Shown: positions 40,573 through 41,788 of the stretch, piece by piece
Layout of the letters: every line of letters begins with the position of its first letter
How positions within the stretch are numbered: position 1 is the stretch's first letter
Source: a virus
DNA length: 41,788 nucleotides
Strand: one strand, 5' to 3'
IMG/VR virus record: IMGVR_UViG_3300028914_000022
Location: 1-41,788 of that record
Position numbers and translations under genes: made by a program
The notes under the pieces: model-generated
The model's input: only the letters and a program-made list of their open reading frames with translations
What the model was told of the DNA's origin: nothing
Databases searched by the model: none

Positions 40573-41274
40573 TCAATTTATCTTTTTCGCTTTTTGTCCT
40601 GTAAATTGTTCCCAACGGTCAATTATCACATCGCAATAAAACGGTTCATATTCCATCATATACGCAACACGTTCCGTTTGTTCGGCGGCAATGACAATCG
40701 GCCCGGAACCCGCAAACAAATCCAATATTGTTTGCCCTGTTTGCGTAAATTCGTTTATTATCTTAACAAACAATCCAACGGGTTTTTGTGTCGGATGTAT
40801 TCTTTTCACGCCCTCTGTTTTTCTGTCGCCCTGTCTTGCCATTCCGTTCCATAACCACGGAAACAATTTTGCGCCTTTATTAAATGATGTCCACGCCAAT
40901 TCACAATCCGCAAAGACTGAATCGCCGTTTACTTTATCCCAAACAACCCAACAAGCCTTTGGCGGCAAAAATTCCGTGAAATAGTTGCCACCGAATATTA
41001 TTTGATGTCGGGTAATATCTTTCATTATTTCAAAACTCTTTTTTGCGGTTTCAATTGTTTTATCGCCTTTTATTTCGTGATATACATTCGCTTCAACAAC
41101 GCCGATTCCCTCGCCAACAACTTTTCCGAATTGCTTTTTGTTGTTCCATTCGTTTGTCAGTTTTCCAAATGTTGCGGGTTTATCGCCGCCAATCTTTCCT
41201 TTTGTTTTCACAATAGAAATCCCGTATGGCGGGTCGGTTATGGAAATATCAAATATACCCCCCCCGTAAGTTGC
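40573..41274 (-). CDS. DNA N6-adenine/N4-cytosine methyltransferase domain (beta-class), frame-shifted 3' part of the ParB-MTase gene
   Basis: The frame is open from 41274. It reads ...GGGIFDISITDPPYG (motif IV) ...HPTQKP...ILDLFAGSG (motif I). The only start in this frame is a GTG at 41211. Confidence 0.8.
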   Translation of the reverse strand, partial: ATYGGGIFDISITDPPYGISIVKTKGKIGGDKPATFGKLTNEWNNKKQFGKVVGEGIGVVEANVYHEIKGDKTIETAKKSFEIMKDITRHQIIFGGNYFTEFLPPKACWVVWDKVNGDSVFADCELAWTSFNKGAKLFPWLWNGMARQGDRKTEGVKRIHPTQKPVGLFVKIINEFTQTGQTILDLFAGSGPIVIAAEQTERVAYMMEYEPFYCDVIIDRWEQFTGQKAKKIN

Positions 41275-41788
41275 TCAACATCAGCGCGTTTTGTGCTATC
41301 GCCACACATCAAACGATGTCGGCCTAATTGCCAAATGTCGCCGAACTTGACACGCGATTTTACTTTTTTGTCGGGGTCAAAATCATCTTCTTTCACTTGG
41401 GGTTGTTCTTTCGCCCATTTTACGCCCTCAACGTTCCAATCCTGTAATTGTTCCTTTCCCCACGCCTGTAACTTCTGTTCATCCCAAACGCCCGCGTGGG
41501 TGTTGTCCTTTATCAGTATTTCATCTTCCGCCGCTTCATCCAACCCGTGCAAAAGGATTGTGGGAACGAATGTCAATCCCAGCAATTTGGCCGCTTCCGA
41601 ACGGCGTTCGCCGCCTATTATAACCAATTCGCCCGTCCTGTCACTTAACAGGATGGGGCGTGCTTCAAAGAATGTGGGATTGCTTTTGATTGATTCCGCC
41701 AACTTTTCAACCGCTTCTTTGGTTGATTTGCGCGGGTTTTTCGGGTTCGGTTTCAACTCTGATAACCGCCTGTACTCAATTTGGTTGT
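41238..41788 (-). CDS. ParB/Srx-like nuclease domain, 5' part of the ParB-MTase gene (start at 134 across the junction)
   Basis: Contains KPNPKNPRK...LVIIGGERRSEAAKLLG...GDIWQLGRHRLMCGDST. The frame ends at TAA 41238-41240, just after the G8 run. Confidence 0.8.
   Translation of the reverse strand, partial: NQIEYRRLSELKPNPKNPRKSTKEAVEKLAESIKSNPTFFEARPILLSDRTGELVIIGGERRSEAAKLLGLTFVPTILLHGLDEAAEDEILIKDNTHAGVWDEQKLQAWGKEQLQDWNVEGVKWAKEQPQVKEDDFDPDKKVKSRVKFGDIWQLGRHRLMCGDSTKRADVEQLTGGVYLIFP
41698..41788. repeat. Terminal direct repeat, copy 2 (identical to 1..91)
   Basis: Exact 91-nt match to the window start. Confidence 0.97.

Noticed and set aside
1-41788. Search for an integrase, excisionase, CI-type repressor, att sites, tRNA genes or transposases.
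   Set aside because: None was recognisable in any frame. The genome looks like a virulent or non-integrating phage, so no mobile-element or prophage-boundary features are reported.

Overview
The window is a complete genome of about 41.7 kb from a tailed dsDNA phage. An exact 91-bp repeat at both window ends (1..91 = 41698..41788) closes it into a circle, or marks terminal redundancy, and the cut falls inside a ParB-like gene. All genes lie on the minus strand except one 47-aa ORF.

In transcription order (high to low coordinates) the genome reads:
- ParB-fused DNA methyltransferase, small and large terminase.
- A late structural operon: portal, scaffold, HK97-like capsid, a 1241-aa TP901-type tape measure, tail/baseplate proteins and an SGNH-esterase tail fibre.
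- A lysis cassette: holin, Amidase_2 endolysin and a spanin-like protein.
- An early arm: XRE HTH, PD-(D/E)XK exonuclease, a Topo VI-A/Spo11-like Toprim protein, an interrupted PP-loop/PAPS-reductase-like gene, a wHTH replication initiator, a radical SAM enzyme, a RuvC-like resolvase, an SMC/SbcC-like ATPase, a DEDDh exonuclease, HNH, SSB and ASCH.

I saw no integrase, tRNA, rRNA, CRISPR array or transposase.

Operon heads carry TTTG-N18/19-TAnnTTTG promoters, the Bacteroides sigma-ABfr consensus, and Shine-Dalgarno sites are largely absent. Together these point to a Bacteroidota host.

The most unusual content is regulatory or genetic:
- A terminator/antiterminator leader in front of the replication gene.
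- Iterons plus an AT-rich tract inside that gene.
- Conserved 5' leader hairpins.
- A 14-mer present three times, and a bipartite T7A7 element with fixed spacing.
- A ParB-methyltransferase split at a G8 run.
- A PAPS-reductase-like gene interrupted by a single in-frame TAA.
- A Topo VI-A-like (Mini-A-type) gene in an early nuclease cluster.

All family calls come from motifs read by eye. No database search was run.
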